Shown one piece after another: positions 56,870 through 64,000 of a DNA stretch of 64,000 nt. Numbering within the stretch: position 1 is the first letter of the stretch; each line of letters opens with the position of its first letter. The DNA comes from Escherichia phage saus132, in sequence record NC_047884.1, one strand, 5' to 3'. The position numbers were made by a program, and so were the translations under genes. The notes beneath the pieces were generated by a model, which was not told the DNA's origin, did not search any database, and saw only the letters and a list, made by a program, of their open reading frames with translations.

Positions 56870-58534
56870 TTATGCAAAGAATTTTCCATTCTTAAAGTCA
56901 ATCAAAGTACGCTGCCCGTTTGCGTATGTAATTAAATGGGTTTGCGTCCAGCTACTAGCGCCAACGTTGTAACCCATATCGAGACTACCAGCAACGCCAG
57001 CGGTATAAACGCCGCCATAAATACTAGCCGTGTGAGTGTGGCCAGTATTGAGGCGTCCCAACTTTTTGAACTGTTTTGGATTGCCCCGACTGCCATTAAT
57101 GCCGTTGTGACCATGAACACCGCATTCAATTCCTGCAATCTTGAAAGATTGGTCAGTGGTTAGGAAAATGGCGTTAAATTCGCAACCTGCAACGTTTCTA
57201 AGCGCGTAATCCAATACGTTAAAGGTATCATCTTGTTTTGCAATAGCTGCATAAATCGCGGCGTTTAGGCTGTGATACAGTTCGGCGTTTGCGGGGTCGT
57301 CTTTAATGTTAGCGTTGCGATCATCAAGCCAACGGGATAACGCCAAATCATGATTGGATTCCACGATGATTGTTTGAGAAAAATCGCGCTCCATTGACTC
57401 CAACACGCGACCGGTATCAATGAGATCGTCAATAACTTTGTCACGTCCGGCGGCGTACTGTTTAGCTAGGAATACACCAGAGGCACGATTATGATGATTG
57501 CGGGATGTAAAATCGTGTACGTCATGGATAAACTGATATTTCGGTTTAAGAATATCAAGCAAGCTATTTTCGCCCACCCATGATGCAACGGCGCAATCAT
57601 CATCTAATTTTTCGGCGTGAATATCGCCATATTGCAAGCCTAAAACATGATCAGATGTTTTGAAACATCCGGTGGGCACAGCGCAAACGTTCAAATCGTA
57701 GAACATCCCGCTTTCGTCCATAGTTTCAAGCTGGCGAACAAAAAATTCTCCGTCGTCGTCAAATTCTACCAGTAAAGCACCGAAATTATGCAGCGCCTCG
57801 GCCTTTTGTCCTGCCTTTTGCTGAATATAGTTTTTAAGTGTAGCCGTTCCGGTGGAGTACATACGGCGCACTACTTCACCTTTTAACGCTGGCACACTTT
57901 CAGCGGTAATTTTTGCGTGACCAATTGCCAGACCTTCGATGTTTAAAGCCGTTGCAGTTTCTGCGAATCCAGAAAGCGGATAATCTGCCGTTGGTAATAC
58001 ATTAATTTCAGCCATGAAAGCAAAACGGCGATTATTCAAAAACACGTTTTTCTCACAAATATATTTATCAAATGCGGGATCATATTTGATTTTTTCGCCG
58101 CCTTCCCCGTTCTGAAATCCGTTTTTGTTGTAAATGAATTTGCTAACAAGTAATTCAGCGCCGTAATAACTAGCGTACTGCTCAAGCGCTTTCAAAAAGT
58201 TTTTATGCGGGAAAGTATTGTTTTGAATCGACGTTAGAATAAAACGGCGACCGGATTTAACTTCCCACTGTTCAACGGTGCTAGAAACAATCCCCGCCGC
58301 TTCTGGGCGATCATCGTTTTTAATGGCTTTTACTGCCTTCGCTGCCTTCGGTTTCGCTGGCTTATTTGCTTCCAACCAGTCACAAATTGCCGTTGAATGT
58401 TTCGGCGTATCATAAACAGCTTTTGAAATATCGTCGCAAACTTCCAATTTAGTAGCGCGTAAACGCTTACCGTAGAAGTTAAAATCTGCGGCCATTTTCA
58501 AAATTTGAGCTTGTTTTTCTGCGGAAATATTCAT
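56870..58534 (-). CDS. A1: A1-like pre-early protein (calcineurin-type metallophosphatase motifs)
   Basis: 554 aa; motifs GDIHAEK, GHNGINGSRGNP, GHTHTASIY; size matches remembered T5 A1. Confidence 0.75.
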   Translation of the reverse strand: MNISAEKQAQILKMAADFNFYGKRLRATKLEVCDDISKAVYDTPKHSTAICDWLEANKPAKPKAAKAVKAIKNDDRPEAAGIVSSTVEQWEVKSGRRFILTSIQNNTFPHKNFLKALEQYASYYGAELLVSKFIYNKNGFQNGEGGEKIKYDPAFDKYICEKNVFLNNRRFAFMAEINVLPTADYPLSGFAETATALNIEGLAIGHAKITAESVPALKGEVVRRMYSTGTATLKNYIQQKAGQKAEALHNFGALLVEFDDDGEFFVRQLETMDESGMFYDLNVCAVPTGCFKTSDHVLGLQYGDIHAEKLDDDCAVASWVGENSLLDILKPKYQFIHDVHDFTSRNHHNRASGVFLAKQYAAGRDKVIDDLIDTGRVLESMERDFSQTIIVESNHDLALSRWLDDRNANIKDDPANAELYHSLNAAIYAAIAKQDDTFNVLDYALRNVAGCEFNAIFLTTDQSFKIAGIECGVHGHNGINGSRGNPKQFKKLGRLNTGHTHTASIYGGVYTAGVAGSLDMGYNVGASSWTQTHLITYANGQRTLIDFKNGKFFA

Positions 58535-58642
58535 AACTAAATCAACTCCTATAAAGGGATAAATATTAATACTGGCAATATTGCCAAATATAACGCCTTA
58601 CCTGAAGTGAGGACAATTTAAAAGGCGTTATAATTTGCAATA

Positions 58643-58888
58643 TTATTCTAGAATTGGCATAAGACTAGAACTAAAACCGCAACTAATAGCCAGCGTTAAA
58701 AATATAATCGCCAGATATTTTTGTTTATTAGCTTGACGTTTAAACATATCAGCGGCATAAGCTGAATTAATGCCGATAATAGAAATTATATATTTGCCGT
58801 AATTAAATATAAATATAGCGGCAACTATAAATAAACCTAAAATAAACGCTTCACTAGGGAAGAAGATCATTTTAATAACTCCGGTCAA
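58643..58888 (-). CDS. Small integral membrane protein
   Basis: Two hydrophobic helices (FILGLFIVAAIFIFNY and YLAIIFLTLAISCGF). Confidence 0.45.
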   Translation of the reverse strand: MTGVIKMIFFPSEAFILGLFIVAAIFIFNYGKYIISIIGINSAYAADMFKRQANKQKYLAIIFLTLAISCGFSSSLMPILE

Positions 58889-58928
58889 AGGGAAATTATA
58901 GCGGGGAATAATCCCCGCTAATTAAAAT

Positions 58929-59345
58929 TTATTCACCTGCGGCCTGTTTTACTTCCTCCGCTACGCCTAACAATTGCGCTACGGCTTCCAGCGTTTCCAG
59001 TTTTGCACTTTCCAGACTTGCCAGATCATCAGCGTCTTTGATAACGCCAGCATCAATGGCATGTTTAGCCATAACGCGCACATAGTGAGCTTTACGGACA
59101 CTAGACCCGCCGCCAACTTTACGCGGTTTATCACTTTTCTGGTACGCTTTTGCGCTTGTCAGTTTAGAACGTACAGAAACAGGGCTTGCAGCGCCAACGG
59201 CGGCGGCAATTTCTTTCAGGCCGTCACTGTTAGCAAATTCAATTCCGCTTTTAGCGACCATTTCAGAATACATAGAAACAGCCTTTTCGGTGTTTTCTTC
59301 GTTCCAAGAGAATTTTGCGGTTTTTTCGGTTTTAACGTTAGACAT
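58929..59345 (-). CDS. Putative A2-like pre-early DNA-binding protein
   Basis: 138 aa ORF upstream of A1-like gene in transcription order; assignment by position and size only. Confidence 0.4.
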   Translation of the reverse strand: MSNVKTEKTAKFSWNEENTEKAVSMYSEMVAKSGIEFANSDGLKEIAAAVGAASPVSVRSKLTSAKAYQKSDKPRKVGGGSSVRKAHYVRVMAKHAIDAGVIKDADDLASLESAKLETLEAVAQLLGVAEEVKQAAGE

Positions 59346-59631
59346 AATTTAATACTCCATTCAATTATTAATTAAGGGATTATGATTAACTAAATGTTAA
59401 TCGCTATATATTCTATTAGCTAGAATATATAACGGAAACATTTTATTTTTATTTCCAGTTTCAAGCGGTTTATTAATTCCCGAATATATTTATATTCTCA
59501 CCTTATCCGGCTTGCCAGAGAATTAATAAGGCAACATTGTATTTATACGCTGTTTATTATTCCGTTCACGCTAGGAATATTTCGAGTTATCTTTATTGCC
59601 TAACTAAGCATGATATGTAAGGCGCATTAAT

Positions 59632-59883
59632 TTATGCGATAGCTTGCCATTTATCATCTTTCTGAATGATTTTTACAACGTCGCCAGATTTAACACGGAC
59701 GTTATAAATAGGCTTGCCGTGGTTACTGCGTTCCGTTTCCGCATAGACCGCTTCAATCTTATCAAAGGGATCAAGCGCCGCACCTTTAATACGTTCGGCT
59801 TTTCCGGTTAATTCATCCGTTTTAGTTACAAAAGGAATGAATACAGATTGACCTACTTTCGGCGCGGTAATAACGTTTTGCAT
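59632..59883 (-). CDS. Hypothetical protein
   Basis: ORF in pre-early block. Confidence 0.5.
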   Translation of the reverse strand: MQNVITAPKVGQSVFIPFVTKTDELTGKAERIKGAALDPFDKIEAVYAETERSNHGKPIYNVRVKSGDVVKIIQKDDKWQAIA

Positions 59884-60047
59884 TTTTAATACTCCGGTTT
59901 ATTGGGGATTATTCCACAATAGCGCCTCGATACTTTGAAACGCTATTAGATTATAATCCGCTAGGAGTTAGCCTAAACATTACCGTTATCCAAATTGTTA
60001 AAGAGCAGTTACTACGGGGAACATCTTAAAACCTATCGGCTAGCGTG

Positions 60048-60257
60048 TCAAGCGTTTTTTAAACTTTTTTCGATTTGATGTGAGTTATATAAATCAATCA
60101 TTATATTACGCCACACCATTTCCAGACCTTGCTGCTTACCTTTCTTGTATTGCTTGAATCTGTATTTTACAGATCTTTGCGCTACTGTCAACAAATTTTT
60201 TGTTCTGCTATCAAGTGACTTGATAGGCTTGCCAGTGATCAAAAGCGTTTGTTTCAT
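60048..60257 (-). CDS. Hypothetical basic protein
   Basis: Lys/Arg-rich ORF; an upstream 52-codon ORF (60260-60418) overlaps its start by ATGA. Confidence 0.45.
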   Translation of the reverse strand: MKQTLLITGKPIKSLDSRTKNLLTVAQRSVKYRFKQYKKGKQQGLEMVWRNIMIDLYNSHQIEKSLKNA

Positions 60258-60749
60258 TTGAGATCCTCCAAAGCATATAAACCATCCCCATCATTGCAGA
60301 TTATTACCGCTTCCGAATGATTAGCATAGTATTCATTTGCAGTCTTTACCCATTGTTCGATTTTTTCGATAGTGTCGTGGGTAGCTGGATGATCGTTAAA
60401 TATTATTGTCATATCGTCGATTCCTTATAATGTATAAGTTTACCGCCGATAGGCTTTAAGATGTTCCCTAGTTTTTAAAGAGCATGGCGGTAAACTTCCC
60501 CGCCGTGTAGTTCGTCATTGCCGCCCTACGTGATAAATATTAGGGGAATACCGAAAAGGGCGCAACCATATTTTTGTAAAGAAACGTAAAGACAAACGCC
60601 ACCGCACCACGTCCAGCGGCGCACTAAATTTAATGAAACGGGCGCGCGAATAACACCAAAACAACCATTTTAGCAAGTAATTTTTTCATTTATATCTGCT
60701 CTAGGGTACTTGACAAAATCTAAAATCCTCGTGGTGAGGTTTTCTCGGT

Positions 60750-60830
60750 GTGCCCCTTATGGTTGCCTATCTTTTCCTTTGAGGCGCTTAGAATGCGTTA
60801 CAGAGCGTTTTAGACCCTGTTAATAACTTA
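60750..60830 (+). repeat. Direct repeat copy 1 (core TTAGAATGCGTTACAGAGCGTTTTAGA)
   Basis: 27-bp core at 60786-60812 identical to 63363-63389, degenerate similarity on both flanks. Confidence 0.85.
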
Positions 60831-60859
60831 TACAAAAAGCAAAAATGAAATTTAATGAG

Positions 60860-61201
60860 TTATCCACTTGATTTTTCAAAAAAGTATTTTCTGCTATTAT
60901 TTTTCATTGACAAATAAGTTTAGACGTGCATTGATTGGTTAGCAGACTAACAATCGCTAGGATGATAATCACGCTGGTGGATTGTAACAGCTGAAACAGT
61001 TAGCAGACTATTAATACTCTAAAAACCTATTAGCCAACTAACTATTTCATATTATATAATATACTTATAAATTAAAGAGAAATAATAACTATAAGAAACT
61101 ATCGGCTAAGTGAGAACCACTATCATTTAGGTTATTCACAAAGTTATCCACAGCACAAAATAACTTGACGCAATAGGCGACGTTTTGGCGACTTATCCAC
61201 A
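60860..61201. promoter_or_regulatory. Cluster of DnaA-box-like 9-mers
   Basis: TTATCCACT at 60860; TTATCCACA at 61144 and 61193; weaker GGTGGATTG at 60976. Confidence 0.6.
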
Positions 61202-61247
61202 GACTTATATACAGGTTATCCTACTGTATAAATATACAGGGTAGAAT
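61192..61247. repeat. Left arm of long inverted repeat (contains DnaA box and palindrome CTGTATAAATATACAG)
   Basis: About 90 percent identical to reverse complement of 63418-63472. Confidence 0.85.
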
Positions 61248-61519
61248 GGTAGCAGTAACAACCGCAATCAAATTTAAGCGGCCTAGAACACGCTATACGG
61301 CGTTTTCTCACTGCTACCCTTATTATAATAAAGCCTTGTGTACGCTTACAGAGAACTAGAAATAGAAAACGCGCGGCAATGGAAGCGGCAATGTTGGAAA
61401 TGGTACAAAGTTTCAATATTGCTGAAATGATCGATGAAATGGTAAAAGGTATTGACATTTCAACCTTTACCCAAAATGCTGAAAGCGAGTAATAATTAGT
61501 CTAATGTAAAGTTTTGTAA

Positions 61520-61546
61520 AGGTCGCCCTAATCGGCGGCCTTTTTT
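61520..61546 (+). terminator. Terminator-like hairpin
   Basis: GGTCGCC-ctaatc-GGCGGCC followed by TTTTTT. Confidence 0.45.
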
Positions 61547-61548
61547 GT

Positions 61549-61554
61549 TATAAT
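61549..61554 (+). promoter_or_regulatory. Extended -10 promoter element
   Basis: TGtTATAAT followed by RBS TAGGAGG and ATG 61612. Confidence 0.4.
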
Positions 61555-61611
61555 GCCTTTACACCGAAACGGTGGATTGAAAATTTTCCCCTGATTTCTA
61601 GGAGGCGTTAA

Positions 61612-61839
61612 ATGGTACATTCATCATCTTCTGCAATTTTTAACGGTATGGAATGGGTATCCGTTCCCGCTATTGTCAGCGTTATGGTTTCTGAGTTCGG
61701 CATAGGTAAAACTTATGTTACCATTCAGGGGCTTTACGACAATGACAAGATTGACCAGCAAACCGCCGGATTTTTGCTGGATGAATTGAAAGCTAACCAT
61801 TGCACTAAAAAGCAAGCGGCAAAAATTGTTTTAATGTAA
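61612..61839 (+). CDS. Hypothetical small protein
   Basis: RBS context ATTTCTAGGAGG. Confidence 0.55.
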   Translation: MVHSSSSAIFNGMEWVSVPAIVSVMVSEFGIGKTYVTIQGLYDNDKIDQQTAGFLLDELKANHCTKKQAAKIVLM

Positions 61840-61885
61840 TTATTAAAGGGGATATATTATCCCCTAATTTCTAGGAGCTAATAAA

Positions 61886-62035
61886 ATGGTTATTTTTCGA
61901 TCTATTCTGGCTAGTATCTTGGGCGCTATTTTATCGTTGTTTGCAATAGCTTTCGGTGTTCATGCCGTTATTATCGGAGCAGGTATCGCGGGGTTTTCTT
62001 ACTTGTTAGGCTGTATGACTGGTAAAGGGGAATAA
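61886..62035 (+). CDS. Small membrane peptide (49 aa, below ORF-track size cutoff)
   Basis: RBS context ATTTCTAGGAG; hydrophobic ILASILGAILSLFAIAFGVHAVIIGAGIAGF. Confidence 0.4.
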   Translation: MVIFRSILASILGAILSLFAIAFGVHAVIIGAGIAGFSYLLGCMTGKGE

Positions 62036-62037
62036 AA

Positions 62038-62250
62038 ATGTTAAAGAATGTTTCCCTTGCCCGTTCCAAAGGTTTTAAGCTGGTGGATGTTAACACGTTC
62101 GAGCGTCCAGATTGTAAAATTGAATATGTAGCACGCAACAAAAACGCTTTCCGTGTCACTGAAAAGAAATTTGACAAGCGCGGCAATTTGGTAGCCGAAA
62201 CGGTTAAACACTTTGCCACTTTTTACGCTGCATTTCGTGGGGTATTATGA
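62038..62250 (+). CDS. Hypothetical small protein
   Basis: ORF in tightly packed operon. Confidence 0.5.
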   Translation: MLKNVSLARSKGFKLVDVNTFERPDCKIEYVARNKNAFRVTEKKFDKRGNLVAETVKHFATFYAAFRGVL

Positions 62251-62387
62251 AAACTTTATTTTCTATTTTGCTCGGTGCTGCTGGTGGCTTTATTGCTACC
62301 TGCTTTAAAAGTGATCCTGCACTGTTAGGCGTTTATTCGATTTGTTTTGGCTATTTGCTAGGGAGGCTGGCAGATGGTTATTTATGA
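62247..62387 (+). CDS. Small membrane peptide (46 aa, below ORF-track size cutoff)
   Basis: MKTLFSILLGAAGGFIATCF...; start overlaps upstream stop. Confidence 0.35.
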   Translation: MKTLFSILLGAAGGFIATCFKSDPALLGVYSICFGYLLGRLADGYL

Positions 62388-62718
62388 GGGCAATCGCTTT
62401 GTTACTAATTGCCGTCCGGCATTATTAGCAAACTATTTAAACCAGCTTTCACCAGTTTATAAAGGCGTAATTAATATCTATGAGGGCAAAGCACATTATA
62501 AGATTAATGCCATTGTTGCCCGTGAACTAGCGTTTCAATTTTTAACTTTTGGATCTTGTGACGTTCAGGTTATGGGGGAAGCGTTAATAGCAGAAAATGA
62601 AAATGAATTTATCGACATTTTCCGCAAAGTATGTACAGAGCGCCTGATTATGAAAGGCGCGTATATTCAATCAACCGCTGAAAGTATAGAAACAGCGTTT
62701 CGAAAGGTGGCGCAATGA
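62374..62718 (+). CDS. Hypothetical protein
   Basis: ORF in operon. Confidence 0.55.
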   Translation: MVIYEGNRFVTNCRPALLANYLNQLSPVYKGVINIYEGKAHYKINAIVARELAFQFLTFGSCDVQVMGEALIAENENEFIDIFRKVCTERLIMKGAYIQSTAESIETAFRKVAQ

Positions 62719-62912
62719 CTAAAGATGAAGCACTAGAAAAAATGAAACAAGGTTTCAAAGTTCGTCAAGAATACTTCACTAGTGAGGAATTTTTGTACAT
62801 GAAAAATGGCGTGATCATGTCAGAAGATGGATATACTTTTAATGACTGGTTTTTCAAGATTACCCCTGCTACACGTTGGAAGCTAGACGGTTGGAGCGTC
62901 TACCGTGAATAG
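62715..62912 (+). CDS. Hypothetical small protein
   Basis: ORF overlapping upstream stop (ATGA). Confidence 0.5.
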   Translation: MTKDEALEKMKQGFKVRQEYFTSEEFLYMKNGVIMSEDGYTFNDWFFKITPATRWKLDGWSVYRE

Positions 62913-63035
62913 CTGGTGGCGAAAAACACAAAGCCATAAATCTAATAATACCGCTGGGAAACATTCCCAGCGTTTACGATTTAGTAGCGGGCTTGTAATG
63001 GTAATAATAATCATTCTCATTCTAGGAGCGATGGC

Positions 63036-63275
63036 ATGGCTGTAAGAATTTTACGATATGTGGAACGTAAAGAAACCGATATTATGCAACATCATTTAAC
63101 TGATGCGCAATACGCGCAATTTTTAGAAATGCAGAAAAGCGGAGCTGATACGGCAACGCTAGGAGCGTGGATCAACTCAGTTTCAACGTGTACGCATTTT
63201 GATTCATACGGGTATACGCCAGCCGAAACCGTCCAGATCTTTGATGACTACGAGAAAGAATACATAGCAGACTAA
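63036..63275 (+). CDS. Hypothetical small protein
   Basis: RBS TCTAGGAGCGATGGC-ATG; followed by terminator. Confidence 0.55.
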   Translation: MAVRILRYVERKETDIMQHHLTDAQYAQFLEMQKSGADTATLGAWINSVSTCTHFDSYGYTPAETVQIFDDYEKEYIAD

Positions 63276-63281
63276 TAATAA

Positions 63282-63309
63282 CGGGGCGCAACTATCGGCC
63301 CCGCTTTTT
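63282..63309 (+). terminator. Rho-independent terminator
   Basis: CGGGGC-gcaactatcg-GCCCCG followed by CTTTTT. Confidence 0.6.
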
Positions 63310-63324
63310 CTGGCCTTCCTCAAA

Positions 63325-63405
63325 TTTCCCCTTATTAAAATACCTCCTCCAAAAATAAACGCGTTAGAATGCGTTACAGAGCGTTTTAGAGCTATATTAG
63401 AGTTA
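63325..63405 (+). repeat. Direct repeat copy 2 (core TTAGAATGCGTTACAGAGCGTTTTAGA)
   Basis: 27-bp core at 63363-63389 identical to 60786-60812. Confidence 0.85.
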
Positions 63406-63417
63406 TTCACTACGCAG

Positions 63418-63472
63418 GAATACTGTATAAATATACAGTAGAATAACCTGTTGATAAGTCTGTGGATAACGC
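63418..63472. repeat. Right arm of long inverted repeat (contains DnaA box TGTGGATAA and palindrome)
   Basis: Reverse complement matches 61192-61247 at about 90 percent; further GGTGGATAA at 63522. Confidence 0.85.
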
Positions 63473-63562
63473 CTCAAAATCGCTAGGATTTTGTCAAGTC
63501 AAATCGTGCTGTTAATAAACCGGTGGATAACTTAAATAACAGTGTTTCTCACTTCGCTTTGT

Positions 63563-63706
63563 AAATGCGAGTCACTCTCATTATCATTCGCGTTTCCCTT
63601 CCTAAATGCAAATCATTCTCATTCGTATTCCGGTAGTCAAATGATAACTATTCTCATTCGCATTCAACTTCTCAAATGCGAATCAATCTCATTATCATTT
63701 GCATTT
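63563..63706 (+). repeat. Iteron array 1: four tandem ~36-bp units each containing an inverted pair AAATGCGAAT...ATTCGCATTT
   Basis: Units start at 63563, 63604, 63639, 63674. Confidence 0.8.
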
Positions 63707-63743
63707 CGGCAGGCAGGGCATTTTCTATTTGCCCTGCGCTTTT

Positions 63744-63966
63744 GTGCAAATCCGACATTTGCCCCCACGGATTACGTGCCAGCGTGCATGTGCGAATCCG
63801 ACAATTTTTGGTAGTGTGCAAATCCGATGGCAAATATTTTTTATATGTGCGAATCCGACAATGAATTTTCCTAAAAACTCCAGCAATCCGCAACTGCGAT
63901 GCAATCCAGCTGGGTTTACTAGAGTATGTGCAAATTCGACAAGTGTTAAGGTGTGCGAATCCGACA
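63744..63966 (+). repeat. Iteron array 2: six same-orientation copies of GTGCRAATYCGAYR (array may continue beyond window)
   Basis: Copies at 63744, 63790, 63816, 63847, 63929, 63953; shares core TGCGAATC with array 1; perfect hairpin GCAGGGC/GCCCTGC at 63713-63737 between arrays. Confidence 0.8.
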
Positions 63967-64000
63967 AGATTTTTGTGACTTCGATGAGAGGGTGTGTGAT

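Noticed and set aside
63540-64000. CRISPR array
   Set aside because: The repeats are short, imperfect and irregularly spaced, without uniform spacers or nearby cas genes; they look like protein-binding iterons.
1-64000. Integrated prophage or integrative element
   Set aside because: No integrase, excisionase, attachment-site-like tRNA or host flanking genes; the content is that of a virulent T5-like phage.

Overview
This window reads as a contiguous segment of a T5-like siphophage (Tequintavirus-type) genome. Three modules are visible. (1) 1-28.3 kb, plus strand: early/replication genes (5'-truncated nrdD, Sir2-like protein, origin-binding-type ATPase, PC4-like protein, split NAD-dependent DNA ligase, DnaB-like helicase, primase, family-A DNA polymerase, SF2 helicase, SbcCD-like pair, flap endonuclease, dUTPase), driven by a recurring early-promoter motif that includes a near-exact copy of the classical T5 PN25 promoter. 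(2) 28.3-54.0 kb, minus strand: late structural/packaging genes (L-shaped tail fibre, baseplate and tail-tip proteins, tape measure, tail tube, major capsid, protease, decoration protein, portal, terminase, receptor-binding protein), with a divergent lipoprotein gene (Llp-like) beside the receptor-binding protein. (3) 55.3-64.0 kb: pre-early-type genes (dmp-, A1-, A2-like) and a repeat-rich non-coding region with DnaA-box 9-mers, long inverted and direct repeats and two iteron arrays. The most unusual observations are an in-frame TAA interrupting an otherwise continuous 976-codon tail-fibre reading frame, a 21-bp tandem repeat encoding about 30 AKTSETN-type heptads in that fibre, a Sir2-like protein lacking the zinc-ribbon cysteines, and the DnaA-box/iteron locus at the window's 3' end. 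No rRNA, tRNA, CRISPR array or integrase was recognised. All homology calls rest on motif reading and remembered T5 protein sizes, not on database searches.
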